A stretch of 64,000 nt of DNA from Opitutales bacterium. Its GTDB lineage: Bacteria; Verrucomicrobiota; Verrucomicrobiia; Opitutales; JABSRG01. The notes below the pieces were generated by a model, which was not told the origin of the DNA, searched no databases, and was given only the letters and a program-made list of their open reading frames with translations. A program made the position numbers and the translations under genes. The stretch covers positions 64,001 to 128,000 of the forward strand of contig JBMYOQ010000003.1 of the NCBI GenBank assembly GCA_049599475.1, in the 5' to 3' direction. Below are positions 28,189 to 38,072 of the stretch, one piece after another; position 1 is the stretch's first letter, and the number at the start of each line of letters is the position of its first letter.

Positions 28189-29856
28189 ATGATTTGGTCG
28201 ACATTTCGTCGCATGTCGTTGGGCAATACTATCAATAGCCATACTGTAGAGCGCGTACTCCTGATAGATGATGATAAGTTCTCCCTACAGGTCATGAAGA
28301 TGACCTTGGAAAAGGCCGGGCTTTCCGTCGTGACTTCCTCAGACCCAATCGCCGCTCTAGAAATCCTCAAAAGCAACCCCAAGAGTCACTTTGCCTGCAT
28401 CATAACAGACTACCAGATGCCTGGCATTGACGGCATCGAAGTGGTTCGAGAGGCCAAGGAATTTGATTCCTGTCTGGGCACCATAATGATTACCGCGATT
28501 GAAGAGCAGGAGATCGTTAAAGAATCCTATCGTAGCGGTGCCCTCGATTTCCTCACAAAGCCGGTAAATCCGCGAGATCTAGTTAAGATCGCGCGCGACA
28601 CGGTGAAACTCACTTTCCAAACCCGCAAGGAGACAGAGACGGTCGCAGGTGTAGAGGAAGCCGGCCGCGAAGGCAGCGGTATCAGTGCTCCCCTGCCCCA
28701 AAGCCTAAAAGACAATTTAGAAATCGTATTCCGTCCCCGACACGCAGTCGGCGGAGACTTCATAATGGGATACGAGAAAAACGATTACCAGTTTGGCCTA
28801 CTCCTTGGCGACGTATCCGGGCACACCATTAAATCCGCCCTCCTCTCATCCTACTTCCAGGGCTTCATTCAAGGACAGACTAGTTCGGATTCCAATTTCT
28901 TACACACCCTAGCCAAGTTCAACCAACTCCTTTTTGAGAACAACGAATCTTCGGAGGGGAATCGCAGCTCCCTTTCACTCTGTCACCTTGCAATCAATAA
29001 GGATGCTCGAGCCGTCGAGATGACAAACTGCGGATTCAGCGCACCGATCGCGGTCGATCTTCAGGGCAATGTCTCAGACTGGCCCGAAGGCACATTCGCA
29101 ATTGGCTGGTTCGACGATATCGATCTGTGTGCTGAGGAAAAAATCACTCATTCCCTAGGCTACTTCTACGCAGCGACAGACGGTCTTGAGGATCACGCAA
29201 ACGACATTGGTGTAAATGCGTGGAGCCTATTTCATTTCTTAACGACCAAGAAAGAAGACACAAAATCGACAGAGCGTATTCTCGCGAATTCACGCGACGA
29301 CATTTTGGCAGTGAGATACAGCCTGAAAACGGCCGACGACATTCCTAGCGGCGGCCTTCCGGAAGTCATCTTTCACAATACTTATGCTGGGGCGGCCTAC
29401 AAAGAGGTAGACCAGATCCAAAAAAACTTCGTCGAGAGTATGACACTCGCGTTGAGCAGCAAGTTTGAGTCCCGCAAACACGACATCCTTCTGTGCATGC
29501 GCGAAGGCATCATCAACGCCCTAAAGCACGGATGCCAGGGGTCCAACAGTCACCGGGCGACTTTGACGGCATTCTATAAGGATGAGGAAAACACCCTCGG
29601 CATTATCATTTCCGACCCTGGTGACGGGCACTCATTTAGTGTCTCCGACCGAAAAGCCGACCTGGAGACCGACATGCCAGGAGCCAAGCACCTGGGCTTG
29701 GTCATGATTAATGAGCTTCCCGACGAGACTCAAAGCGACCGCAACGGCTCCTACGTGAGGATGCTTTTCAAGCTCAAAGACGAGAGTTCGCAGTCTATGT
29801 CGCAATTCCTTCCACCTTCCTTCTTCGGAAAAATCGAATCTCTCAGCACATCTTAA
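28189..29856 (+). CDS. REC-PP2C(SpoIIE)-HATPase (RsbW-type) partner-switch regulator, CrsR/HsbR architecture
   Basis: REC (LIDDD, ITDYQMP, FLTKP); PP2C (VGGDF, GDVSGH, TDGL, DDIL); kinase (EGIINALKHG, ISDPGDG, LGL). The start may be ATG 28213. Confidence 0.85.
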   Translation: MIWSTFRRMSLGNTINSHTVERVLLIDDDKFSLQVMKMTLEKAGLSVVTSSDPIAALEILKSNPKSHFACIITDYQMPGIDGIEVVREAKEFDSCLGTIMITAIEEQEIVKESYRSGALDFLTKPVNPRDLVKIARDTVKLTFQTRKETETVAGVEEAGREGSGISAPLPQSLKDNLEIVFRPRHAVGGDFIMGYEKNDYQFGLLLGDVSGHTIKSALLSSYFQGFIQGQTSSDSNFLHTLAKFNQLLFENNESSEGNRSSLSLCHLAINKDARAVEMTNCGFSAPIAVDLQGNVSDWPEGTFAIGWFDDIDLCAEEKITHSLGYFYAATDGLEDHANDIGVNAWSLFHFLTTKKEDTKSTERILANSRDDILAVRYSLKTADDIPSGGLPEVIFHNTYAGAAYKEVDQIQKNFVESMTLALSSKFESRKHDILLCMREGIINALKHGCQGSNSHRATLTAFYKDEENTLGIIISDPGDGHSFSVSDRKADLETDMPGAKHLGLVMINELPDETQSDRNGSYVRMLFKLKDESSQSMSQFLPPSFFGKIESLSTS

Positions 29857-29904
29857 TTCCAGCTTCAAGAATTCATATCGCGAACCGAATTTCATTTCAA
29901 TACC

Positions 29905-30393
29905 ATGTCTGAACGCCAACTAGTTACCTTTTACGTCGGAGGAGAATTCTTCGGAATCGACATTCTTTTAGTGAAGGAGATCAACCGAAAGCTCCAGCTT
30001 ACTCCCGTTGACCGCGTCGCGCCCTACATCGCGGGCTTGATCAATCTACGCGGCCAAATCGTGACCATCGTAGAGCTTGCCAAACGGCTCAATATCCAGA
30101 GCGACACTACCCCAGAGAATTGCATCATTCTGAAAACCAGCAATGAGGTCGACCGGAGGCAAATTGCAGTCGACGGCATCAGCGAAGCGCCCGTCGACCT
30201 TATGGGACTCCTGGTAGATGAAATTGGAGACGTTATCACAGTCGACACCGATAATTTAGAGGACCCGCCTAGAGACAGTGCTTCCGAAGAAAACCCCTTC
30301 TTTGAAAAGGTAGCTCAGCTCGATGGCTCGATCATCATTATACTCAATCTTCAGAACGTCCTTTCCGCCGAACTTTCAACCGCTGCAGCATAA
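29905..30393 (+). CDS. cheW: Chemotaxis coupling protein CheW
   Basis: QLVTF..FGIDI..VKEI, GLINLRGQIVTI and GLLVDEIGDV. Confidence 0.93.
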   Translation: MSERQLVTFYVGGEFFGIDILLVKEINRKLQLTPVDRVAPYIAGLINLRGQIVTIVELAKRLNIQSDTTPENCIILKTSNEVDRRQIAVDGISEAPVDLMGLLVDEIGDVITVDTDNLEDPPRDSASEENPFFEKVAQLDGSIIIILNLQNVLSAELSTAAA

Positions 30394-30406
30394 GTTACAA
30401 CACATC

Positions 30407-30715
30407 ATGAAAAAGGAATATTCCGACAATACCCTAACGATTCAGATGGAAGAAAACCTAGTGTCCTCTGTATCCAGCAACATCCTACAGACTTGGAAAG
30501 AGTGGCTAGCCGAGCTTTCTGAGACCCCCGATATCGTTATCGATATCGAGAAATGTGAGATTATTGATTCCGAAGGGATCAATCTTATCATCGGTCTCTA
30601 CCGCGAGTGCACCAGCAACAGTCGCAATTTCCAAGTGACCAACCCTTCGGCTGAGAATCTACGCCTTTTCGGCATCTTAAAACTCTCCCGAATATTCGGC
30701 CTTCAGCCTGCCTAA
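30407..30715 (+). CDS. STAS-domain anti-anti-sigma factor
   Basis: IVIDIEKCEIIDSEGINLII..VTNPSAENLRLFGILKL. Start at ATG 30407 (102 aa). Confidence 0.85.
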   Translation: MKKEYSDNTLTIQMEENLVSSVSSNILQTWKEWLAELSETPDIVIDIEKCEIIDSEGINLIIGLYRECTSNSRNFQVTNPSAENLRLFGILKLSRIFGLQPA

Positions 30716-30757
30716 GCTGAACGTTTCCGAAGCCTCAATTTAATTACCCTGCCACCT

Positions 30758-33700
30758 ATGGATGATGAACTGCTAGAATTGTTCGTCCAGGAATCCGAAG
30801 AACACCTGGACAATCTCGAACCTGCCCTACTCGCCCTTGAAAAGGACCACAGCGACGAAGCTGTAATTAATGAAATTTTCAGAGCTGTTCATAGTATTAA
30901 AGGTGCATCAGGATTCTTCGGTCTTGATCGCATTTCACAGATGGCTCACATCATGGAGAACCTGATGTCGCAGGTCCGTGAGCATGTCATGGAAGTCGAC
31001 AATGCTATGGTCGAAGCCTTACTCAAAGGCACCGACCGACTCCGTATGATGTTGGATAATTGCGGGGAGAGCAATGAGATCGACATCACCACGGAAGTCG
31101 ATGTCATCAAACAAATTTTGGAGAATCACGGTGACTCCTCTGCAGCGGCCGCCGTAGATTCAGAGCAAGAGTCCGACAAGGATCCGAGCGATATAGAAGG
31201 ATTCAGACCGGACCCATATGTATTGATGAATGGCCTACGTCACGGCCACAATTACTATGTCGTCAAGTTGAACCTTATTCGCGACGTTCATGCTCACCAA
31301 CGCAAGCCGTTCGACTTTTTCAAAGAGATCGAAGATTGCGGAGAATTCATTGATTCGCGCACAGATATTTCCGGAATCACCGGCCTGGATGATGCCGGAG
31401 CCGCCGATCCGACTTTCAGCTTCTTTTTCTCCACGGTGATGGTCCCAGACCTGGCAAAAGAGATTTTCGATGTCCCACCAGAGCAGGTGTGTCAGATATC
31501 GGATGATACAATAAAGAAGTATATTGATGCCTATGGGGCCAGAGAATCTGAAGAGGGAGCCGCGGCAGAAGCCGAAAGTGCATCGACAGAAGTCGTCGAC
31601 GACGCGGAATCTGAGAAGGTAGATGTCGAATCCCTGAAAGACGTCACCACACCACCTTTCCCCAAGCGGACACCCGAGGAGAAATCTGAGGAACCCGCTA
31701 AGGAAACAAAGCCCCAGCCGAAGGCCAAAGAGCCCGAGAAACCAGCACCCGCCAAGAGCGGACCGCCCGCGAAAGGACCCGCACGAAAAGTAGAAGAGAC
31801 GATTCGTGTGTCTGTTACAGTGCTGGACGATCTCATGAATTTAGCAGGAGAAATGGTCCTCAGCCGAAACCAGCTGGTTCGGCTAGCCGAGGAAAATAAA
31901 AACCAGAATCCTGGCCTGAATAAAGCAGTCCACAGCATCAGCTACATCACTTCCGACCTACAAGAGAAGGTCATGCAAACACGCCTACAACCTGTAGGGA
32001 TGTTGTTTAACAAATTTACCCGCATTATTCGGGATCTGTCCTCTAAATTGGGGAAAGAGATTAGTCTCGAAATATCCGGAGAAGAGGTCGAGCTCGACAA
32101 ATCGATCATCGAGGGTCTATCCGATCCATTGTCTCATATGATCCGCAATTGCTGCGATCATGGTGTCGAAACTCCCGACGAGCGCAAAGCAAACGGAAAG
32201 GACCCCAAAGGCCGAGTCCAACTACGCGCGAGCCATGCCGGAGACAAAGTGCTCATCGAAATCGTCGATGACGGTCGCGGCATAGACCCAGCAAAAATTA
32301 AAGCCAAGGCAGTTGAGAAAGGTGTCATTTCCCAAGAGGAGGCCGACGCCATTCACGATCAACAAGCAGCCATGCTCATTTTTGCTCCGGGATTCTCTAC
32401 CGCCGAGCAAATTAGCGATGTTTCAGGTCGCGGTGTAGGCATGGACGTAGTCAGAACGAATATCGAAGGCCTGGGTGGATCCGTAGAGCTTACCAGTCAG
32501 CCCGGCAATGGTACCCGTTTTGCCCTTACATTACCCCTCACACTCGCGATTGTGCCATCTATGATCGTCGCCTCAGGAGGCGGCCGATTCGCGGTTCCTC
32601 AAGTGAACCTCGAAGAAATCGTCCACCTCCAAGGACAACATCAAATCGAATTTATCCACGGCAGCCCAGTCTATCGCCTCAGAGGACGTCTCATTCCCAT
32701 AGTCTCACTCGCACAAGTCTTTGCCACCGAGCCGGGTGATCGCTTCATGAACAGCCAGGCGCGACAACATATTCCCGAGAATTCTTATATTGTGATCCTG
32801 AACCTGGAGAAATCCCAGTTCGGCCTCGTCGTCGATGGGCTCCATGACTCAGAAGAAATCGTCGTAAAACCCCTCAGCGCGCACATCAAATCAGCGCAGT
32901 GCTACTCGGGCGCAACGATCATGGGCGATGGCTCAGTCGCGATGATTCTCGATATACAAGGCATTGCAAATCTAGCATCCGTCGAAAGCCGCGATTTCGA
33001 GGCCGAAGCGGAAGCCGAGGAGGAAGATGGCGAAGCTATTCAGCAAATCCTAGCATTCCGCAACCATCCAGATGAGCGTTTTGCAATATCTCTACCCCTG
33101 GTTTCGCGAATCGAGCGCATCCACAAATCGCAACTGGAGCGAATAGGCGACAACGAGTTTATCAAGCATCGTGACACATCGCTTCGAGTGATTCGCCTAG
33201 AGAATTACGTAAATATCACAAAGCACATTGATCAGATTGATAATTACACGCTCATCATTCCAAAGCTCGTGTGCAAACCGATCGGCATTCTTGTCTCAGA
33301 GGTCGAAGATGCCATTGCAACTCGGGTAAAATTGGACACCGGCAGCGTTCGCACTGAAGGAGCTATCGGTTCTGCAATTATCGACAACGAACTCACCCTT
33401 TTCGTCGACATCTACGACATTCTAGAGCGCGCAGACCCCGAGGCATACGCTTTCTCCAAAGCCAGCCCCGACCTCGCTAGCAACAAAATTCTTTTGGCCG
33501 AAGACACCCATTTCTTCCAAGCTGTAGTAGGAAATTACCTACGCGAATTCTCCAAAGATGTCACCGTAGTGCCCAATGGGCGAGACGCCTTTGAGCTCCT
33601 TGAAAAAGAAGATTTCGACCTGCTTGTGACAGATATCAAGATGCCGGTAATGAATGGTTTTGAGCTAACTTCGAAAATTCGCTCGACCGGCCGACTCAAA

Positions 33701-33880
33701 GACATTCCAATCATAGCGCTTACTGCTCTTTCAGGTAAAACGCATTCAGACTTTGGATACGAATCTGGTGTCGATGCCTACGAGACAAAGCTCGATAAAG
33801 AAGGCCTCCGAGAGACCATCGAGCGTATCATGAAGGAGCGCCAAGTAAACCCGGCTCACGCGGCGCTGTTAACCTCTTAA
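30758..33880 (+). CDS. cheA: Hybrid CheA (Hpt, dimerisation, HATPase, two CheW domains, C-terminal REC)
   Basis: FRAVHSIKGASG, LMNLAGEMVLSRNQL, HMIRNCCDHG, GFSTAEQISDVSGRGVGMDVV, two CheW-like segments and LLVTDIKMP. Confidence 0.95.
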   Translation: MDDELLELFVQESEEHLDNLEPALLALEKDHSDEAVINEIFRAVHSIKGASGFFGLDRISQMAHIMENLMSQVREHVMEVDNAMVEALLKGTDRLRMMLDNCGESNEIDITTEVDVIKQILENHGDSSAAAAVDSEQESDKDPSDIEGFRPDPYVLMNGLRHGHNYYVVKLNLIRDVHAHQRKPFDFFKEIEDCGEFIDSRTDISGITGLDDAGAADPTFSFFFSTVMVPDLAKEIFDVPPEQVCQISDDTIKKYIDAYGARESEEGAAAEAESASTEVVDDAESEKVDVESLKDVTTPPFPKRTPEEKSEEPAKETKPQPKAKEPEKPAPAKSGPPAKGPARKVEETIRVSVTVLDDLMNLAGEMVLSRNQLVRLAEENKNQNPGLNKAVHSISYITSDLQEKVMQTRLQPVGMLFNKFTRIIRDLSSKLGKEISLEISGEEVELDKSIIEGLSDPLSHMIRNCCDHGVETPDERKANGKDPKGRVQLRASHAGDKVLIEIVDDGRGIDPAKIKAKAVEKGVISQEEADAIHDQQAAMLIFAPGFSTAEQISDVSGRGVGMDVVRTNIEGLGGSVELTSQPGNGTRFALTLPLTLAIVPSMIVASGGGRFAVPQVNLEEIVHLQGQHQIEFIHGSPVYRLRGRLIPIVSLAQVFATEPGDRFMNSQARQHIPENSYIVILNLEKSQFGLVVDGLHDSEEIVVKPLSAHIKSAQCYSGATIMGDGSVAMILDIQGIANLASVESRDFEAEAEAEEEDGEAIQQILAFRNHPDERFAISLPLVSRIERIHKSQLERIGDNEFIKHRDTSLRVIRLENYVNITKHIDQIDNYTLIIPKLVCKPIGILVSEVEDAIATRVKLDTGSVRTEGAIGSAIIDNELTLFVDIYDILERADPEAYAFSKASPDLASNKILLAEDTHFFQAVVGNYLREFSKDVTVVPNGRDAFELLEKEDFDLLVTDIKMPVMNGFELTSKIRSTGRLKDIPIIALTALSGKTHSDFGYESGVDAYETKLDKEGLRETIERIMKERQVNPAHAALLTS

Positions 33881-33884
33881 TCCA

Positions 33885-35054
33885 ATGCATAAACTCGGTA
33901 AACGCGTCTTAATTGTCGACGATTCGGCTATCTATCGACGCATCTTTGAGCAAGCAGCGAAAACGCTGCCTGAAGTCAAAGACGTAATTACTGCAAACAG
34001 TGGGCGCGACGCAGTAAAAGCGATTCAAAAGGAAGAATTTGATCTGGTCCTTAGTGATATGGTGATGCCTGAAATGGATGGCATAACCACTACACGCGAA
34101 ATCTTAAAAGTAAGACCCGGGCAAGCAATTGTGGTAGTCAGTGGCGTATCGACACGCGAAGCATCTACGACCATGGAAGCCCTTAGTGCGGGTGCCATCG
34201 ACTTTATACCCAAGCCTAAATCTGGCAGCATGCAGGATAATATGTCCTCGATTGCTCGCTCAATCAAAGAGCTGCTCTCGGCGGCAACGCGACCAATCAC
34301 GCGCAGTTCTCGCTTAGAAACAGAATGGAAGAAAGAGCCCACAAAACCTCCGGTTAAGAGTCCATCTATCGGAAGCCCTAAACTATCCCAGGTTCCTGAG
34401 AGAAAATCGATAATCGCTCAGGCCAACATGGGTCAATTCAACGCAGACTTAGTCTTGATTGGGATATCAACGGGAGGCCCCAACACGCTGCAAAAAATGC
34501 TCCCGCTGCTGCCCAAAGACTTTGGTGCTCCAATCATCATTGTACAACACATGCCCGAGGGTTTCACCCAAGCGCTCGCACGTCAGCTCAACAACTCCTG
34601 TAATCTACATGTCAAAGAGGCCGATGAAGGAGAGATTGCCGAGCGCGGCACCATCTATATCTCAAAAGGCGGAAAACACCTTGTTGTGGGTGAAAAGAAA
34701 GGCCCAGGCCGGTATTTACTCAAATATGAAAATAGCCCGCCCGTAAATTCATGCAAGCCAGCAGTCGACGTGCTCTATTCGAGCGTCGCCAAACTCAGCG
34801 ATATCAAAGTGGTCTCGATGATCCTGACTGGGATGGGATCTGATGGTGCAAACGGAGTAAAAGAACTCATTTCCTCAAAGAGCATTCGCACATTCTCGAT
34901 TACCCAAAACGCAGAAACGTGCGTCGTCTACGGTATGCCACGCGCAGTCGACGAGGCCAACCTTGCAGACGAATCCCTACCCCTTCAATCAATACACGAA
35001 CGACTCTGTCAGCTAGTCAGAGCATCTCATTTTACTGCCCGAACCGTTGCCTAA
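33885..35054 (+). CDS. cheB: Chemotaxis response regulator methylesterase CheB
   Basis: REC plus the catalytic triad motifs GISTGG, QHMP and GMGSDG; VVYGMP. Confidence 0.95.
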   Translation: MHKLGKRVLIVDDSAIYRRIFEQAAKTLPEVKDVITANSGRDAVKAIQKEEFDLVLSDMVMPEMDGITTTREILKVRPGQAIVVVSGVSTREASTTMEALSAGAIDFIPKPKSGSMQDNMSSIARSIKELLSAATRPITRSSRLETEWKKEPTKPPVKSPSIGSPKLSQVPERKSIIAQANMGQFNADLVLIGISTGGPNTLQKMLPLLPKDFGAPIIIVQHMPEGFTQALARQLNNSCNLHVKEADEGEIAERGTIYISKGGKHLVVGEKKGPGRYLLKYENSPPVNSCKPAVDVLYSSVAKLSDIKVVSMILTGMGSDGANGVKELISSKSIRTFSITQNAETCVVYGMPRAVDEANLADESLPLQSIHERLCQLVRASHFTARTVA

Positions 35055-35066
35055 GAAATTTCTATT

Positions 35067-35924
35067 GTGAACGCCACCACACCAGCCCCGACCACCTCCC
35101 GAGTATCCAAAGAAACATACGGTGTTCTAGTAGATTGGATCGAGCGTAATTGCGGTATATCTCTTGGAGACTCAAAGGCATACCTGGTGGAGACCCGCTT
35201 CGCTCCCATCCTCATAAAACTCCAGTGCCAAAGTTTCGACGACCTCGTCAAAAAGCTAAAGACATCCGCCGGAACTGCTATTAAGGATGACATCATAGAT
35301 GCGATCACCACCAATGAGACGCTTTGGTTTCGAGACCCCAATATCTGGAGCCACCTAGAAAGCGGCTTCCTCAAGGAATTTCTAGAGTCCAGCTCATCTA
35401 AGAAACGAATTTGGTCGGCAGCCGCGTCGTCAGGACAAGAGATTTATTCACTCGCCATGCTTATGGATAAGCTATCACGCAAATATCCAGACCTGCGCAA
35501 CAAAGTAATGGCCACAGAATTACTCGCCACCGATGTATCCAAGAACATCTTAAACATCGCACAGAAGGGCCGCTACTCGCGCCTCGAGATGTCCCGAGGA
35601 CTCGATGAGGAATATAAAAACCGATATTTCGATAAAGACCGTCTATTCTCCTCGATAAAGCGAGACATTAAAGCACGCGTAAAATTCCAAGCACACAACC
35701 TCCAATCACCCTTTGGACAGCTTGGAAAATTCGACATCATTTTATGCCGCAACGTCACCATCTACTTCTCGAGAGAATTCAGACAAGACCTGCTCAATCG
35801 CCTGGACGCGGCTCTCAATCCGGGTGGCGTACTCATTCTCGGAGCTACAGAGAGCATAATCGGATTTAAAACCAATCTCAAAAACCGCCCAGGACAACCT
35901 CCTAGTTTTTACTTTAAGGATTAA
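35067..35924 (+). CDS. cheR: Chemotaxis methyltransferase CheR
   Basis: TTNETLWFRD, IWSAAASSGQEIYS, ATDVS and FDIILCRNVTIYF. Confidence 0.94.
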   Translation: MNATTPAPTTSRVSKETYGVLVDWIERNCGISLGDSKAYLVETRFAPILIKLQCQSFDDLVKKLKTSAGTAIKDDIIDAITTNETLWFRDPNIWSHLESGFLKEFLESSSSKKRIWSAAASSGQEIYSLAMLMDKLSRKYPDLRNKVMATELLATDVSKNILNIAQKGRYSRLEMSRGLDEEYKNRYFDKDRLFSSIKRDIKARVKFQAHNLQSPFGQLGKFDIILCRNVTIYFSREFRQDLLNRLDAALNPGGVLILGATESIIGFKTNLKNRPGQPPSFYFKD

Positions 35925-35925
35925 C

Positions 35926-36306
35926 ATGAAAAAGGCCCTACATATCGATGATTCCTACACGGTTTATCAGATCGTGAGCTCCGCAGCATCCGTTCTCGAA
36001 GTGGAAGTTCTCCATGCTTCAAACGGCAGTGACGGTCTAGCTCTCTTGGAGGAATTCCACGCTGATCTCAGCTTAGTCATACTCGACTTCAATATGCCCG
36101 GAGCAAACGGCTTAGAGATCTTGAAAGACATCAAATCCAATCCTAATACCAAAAACATCCCTGTGATGATGCTCACATCTGATGGGGATCCTGGATTGGT
36201 TATGGATTTCATCAAAGCCGGAGCGGCAAACTATCTCAACAAGCCCTTCACCCAAGAGGATCTCATCAACAAGATGATGGGCTGTGTGGGAGAAGCGACC
36301 CTCTAG
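35926..36306 (+). CDS. Single-domain response regulator (CheY-like)
   Basis: HIDDS, ILDFNMP, MMLTS and YLNKPF. Confidence 0.9.
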   Translation: MKKALHIDDSYTVYQIVSSAASVLEVEVLHASNGSDGLALLEEFHADLSLVILDFNMPGANGLEILKDIKSNPNTKNIPVMMLTSDGDPGLVMDFIKAGAANYLNKPFTQEDLINKMMGCVGEATL

Positions 36307-36378
36307 CCTGCAGATTTTTGAGTCCAAGCCCACTTTGTTATCGCAGCCGAGCGGCCTTGCGCTTTCTCTCGCAATTCT

Positions 36379-37908
36379 ATGCTGCAGAGGCCCTTATTTG
36401 ACTGGTTAACTGAACGTAGCGTGGGCTGCTTTGCCCACGTATCCTCACTTCCGAGCCGCCATGGAATCGGCAACCTCGGCAATAGTACCAAAACGTTCAT
36501 CGATCTCCTGAGCGACTGCGGCATGTCGTCTTGGCAAATCTGCCCGATGGGTCCCACGGGCTACGGTGATTCGCCCTACTCTTCGTTCAGCGCTTTCGCG
36601 GGAAACCCCTACTTCATCGATTGGCAGGATTTTGTATCCGTCGGGCTCGTTCAAATCAGCGAAGTTGAGCCACTCACCCGCCTCTCTGCCGATAAAACTG
36701 AATACTCTGAGATTCATAAGATCGTCACTCCCTTGGCGCAAAAAGTCGGGAAGCGCTGGATCGAAAAGCCTATCCAACTTGATTCGGAATACACCTTCGA
36801 AGCATTCTGCGAAGAAGCCGCGTATTGGCTAGAAGACTACGCATACTTTCGCGTGTTGAAGAATGCATTTGGAGGGATCAACTGGATCGAATGGCCCAAA
36901 GCCTATCGCGATAGTGCCACAGCCCGCACCACCAAGCTGCCACCACAGGCCTCCGAAGATCAAGTCCTGATCGAAAAGTTTATCCAGTATTTGTTCTATC
37001 TACAGTGGCGCAAAGTACAGAGCTACGCCAAGGAGCGTAAAGTGGAGATCATCGGAGACCTACCCATTTTCGTAGCCCAAGATTCTGCTGATGTCTGGGC
37101 ACACCCTAGCCTTTTTTCCTTAGACCCCGATGGGCGTCCCAGTGTGGTAGCCGGTGTGCCGCCAGACTATTTCAGCGAAGATGGACAGCATTGGGGCAAT
37201 CCTCTGTATGACTGGAAAGCGCACAAGGCAGAGGGCTATCAATGGTGGATCCAGCGCATGCGCACGAGTTTCCAGTCTTTTGACATTGTACGACTCGACC
37301 ACTTCCGCGGATTCGAAGCCTATTGGGAAATTCCTGGAGATGCTGAGAACGCCCGATCTGGCAAATGGGTAAAGGGCCCGGGCCTCGACCTATTCAAGGC
37401 TATCCAAAAAGAAATCCCTGAGGCACGCATCATTGCTGAGGACCTCGGAGTCATCACAGAACAGGTCACTCAGCTGCGAGACGATAGCGGCTTCCCAGGC
37501 ATGGCTATCTTGCAATTCGCATTCGGGGGCGCTGCCGACAACATTTACCTCCCGCACAACCTTGTGACCAACCAGGTCGTCTACCCAGGCACCCACGATA
37601 ACGACACGAGCCTGGGCTGGTATCGAAGCATGCCTGAAAACGTAAAAGATCACTTCCGCCGATATTTCAGAGTCGGCGGAGGCGAAGCTGGATGGGATCT
37701 GATCCGCGCGGCCTACGCAGCTCCATCTCGGTTAGCCATTATCCCGCTGCAGGACCTGTTGTCTCTCGGAAGTGAGGCGCGATTCAATACGCCAGGCGCC
37801 GCCTTGGGTAACTGGCAATGGCGTGTTACGACCGAACAGCTAAACCATCTCTATCTGCACAACCGGAAATATCTCCGCAACCTAGCCGAGATTTACGGGC
37901 GCGGATAG
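36379..37908 (+). CDS. malQ: 4-alpha-glucanotransferase (GH77)
   Basis: SSLPS..GIG, DSPYSSFSAFAGNP, GVPPDYFS..GQHWGNP, RLDHFRG, IAEDLG and GTHDNDT. Confidence 0.96.
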   Translation: MLQRPLFDWLTERSVGCFAHVSSLPSRHGIGNLGNSTKTFIDLLSDCGMSSWQICPMGPTGYGDSPYSSFSAFAGNPYFIDWQDFVSVGLVQISEVEPLTRLSADKTEYSEIHKIVTPLAQKVGKRWIEKPIQLDSEYTFEAFCEEAAYWLEDYAYFRVLKNAFGGINWIEWPKAYRDSATARTTKLPPQASEDQVLIEKFIQYLFYLQWRKVQSYAKERKVEIIGDLPIFVAQDSADVWAHPSLFSLDPDGRPSVVAGVPPDYFSEDGQHWGNPLYDWKAHKAEGYQWWIQRMRTSFQSFDIVRLDHFRGFEAYWEIPGDAENARSGKWVKGPGLDLFKAIQKEIPEARIIAEDLGVITEQVTQLRDDSGFPGMAILQFAFGGAADNIYLPHNLVTNQVVYPGTHDNDTSLGWYRSMPENVKDHFRRYFRVGGGEAGWDLIRAAYAAPSRLAIIPLQDLLSLGSEARFNTPGAALGNWQWRVTTEQLNHLYLHNRKYLRNLAEIYGRG

Positions 37909-37909
37909 A

Positions 37910-37932
37910 CGGCATTTTGGTCCCAAATGCCG
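37910..37932 (+). terminator. Hairpin immediately after malQ
   Basis: CGGCATTT / AAATGCCG stem; no U-tail. Confidence 0.35.
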
Positions 37933-38072
37933 AGACACATAGCTGCTCGAACAACTGCCGCTTGGGATAAAAATTTCATACAACATCGCGCGCAATCACT
38001 CCCACAAGCTTCCCTCTTTTACCTAAAACCTTGCCAAAGGATGCCCGCGACCTGTTATAACAGCCCGAATAT

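Noticed and set aside
28178..28204. sigma28 promoters ahead of the che clusters (TTCA-N15-GTCGACAT here; similar near 45750-45776)
   Set aside because: Both elements match the consensus only weakly and cannot be distinguished from chance by eye.
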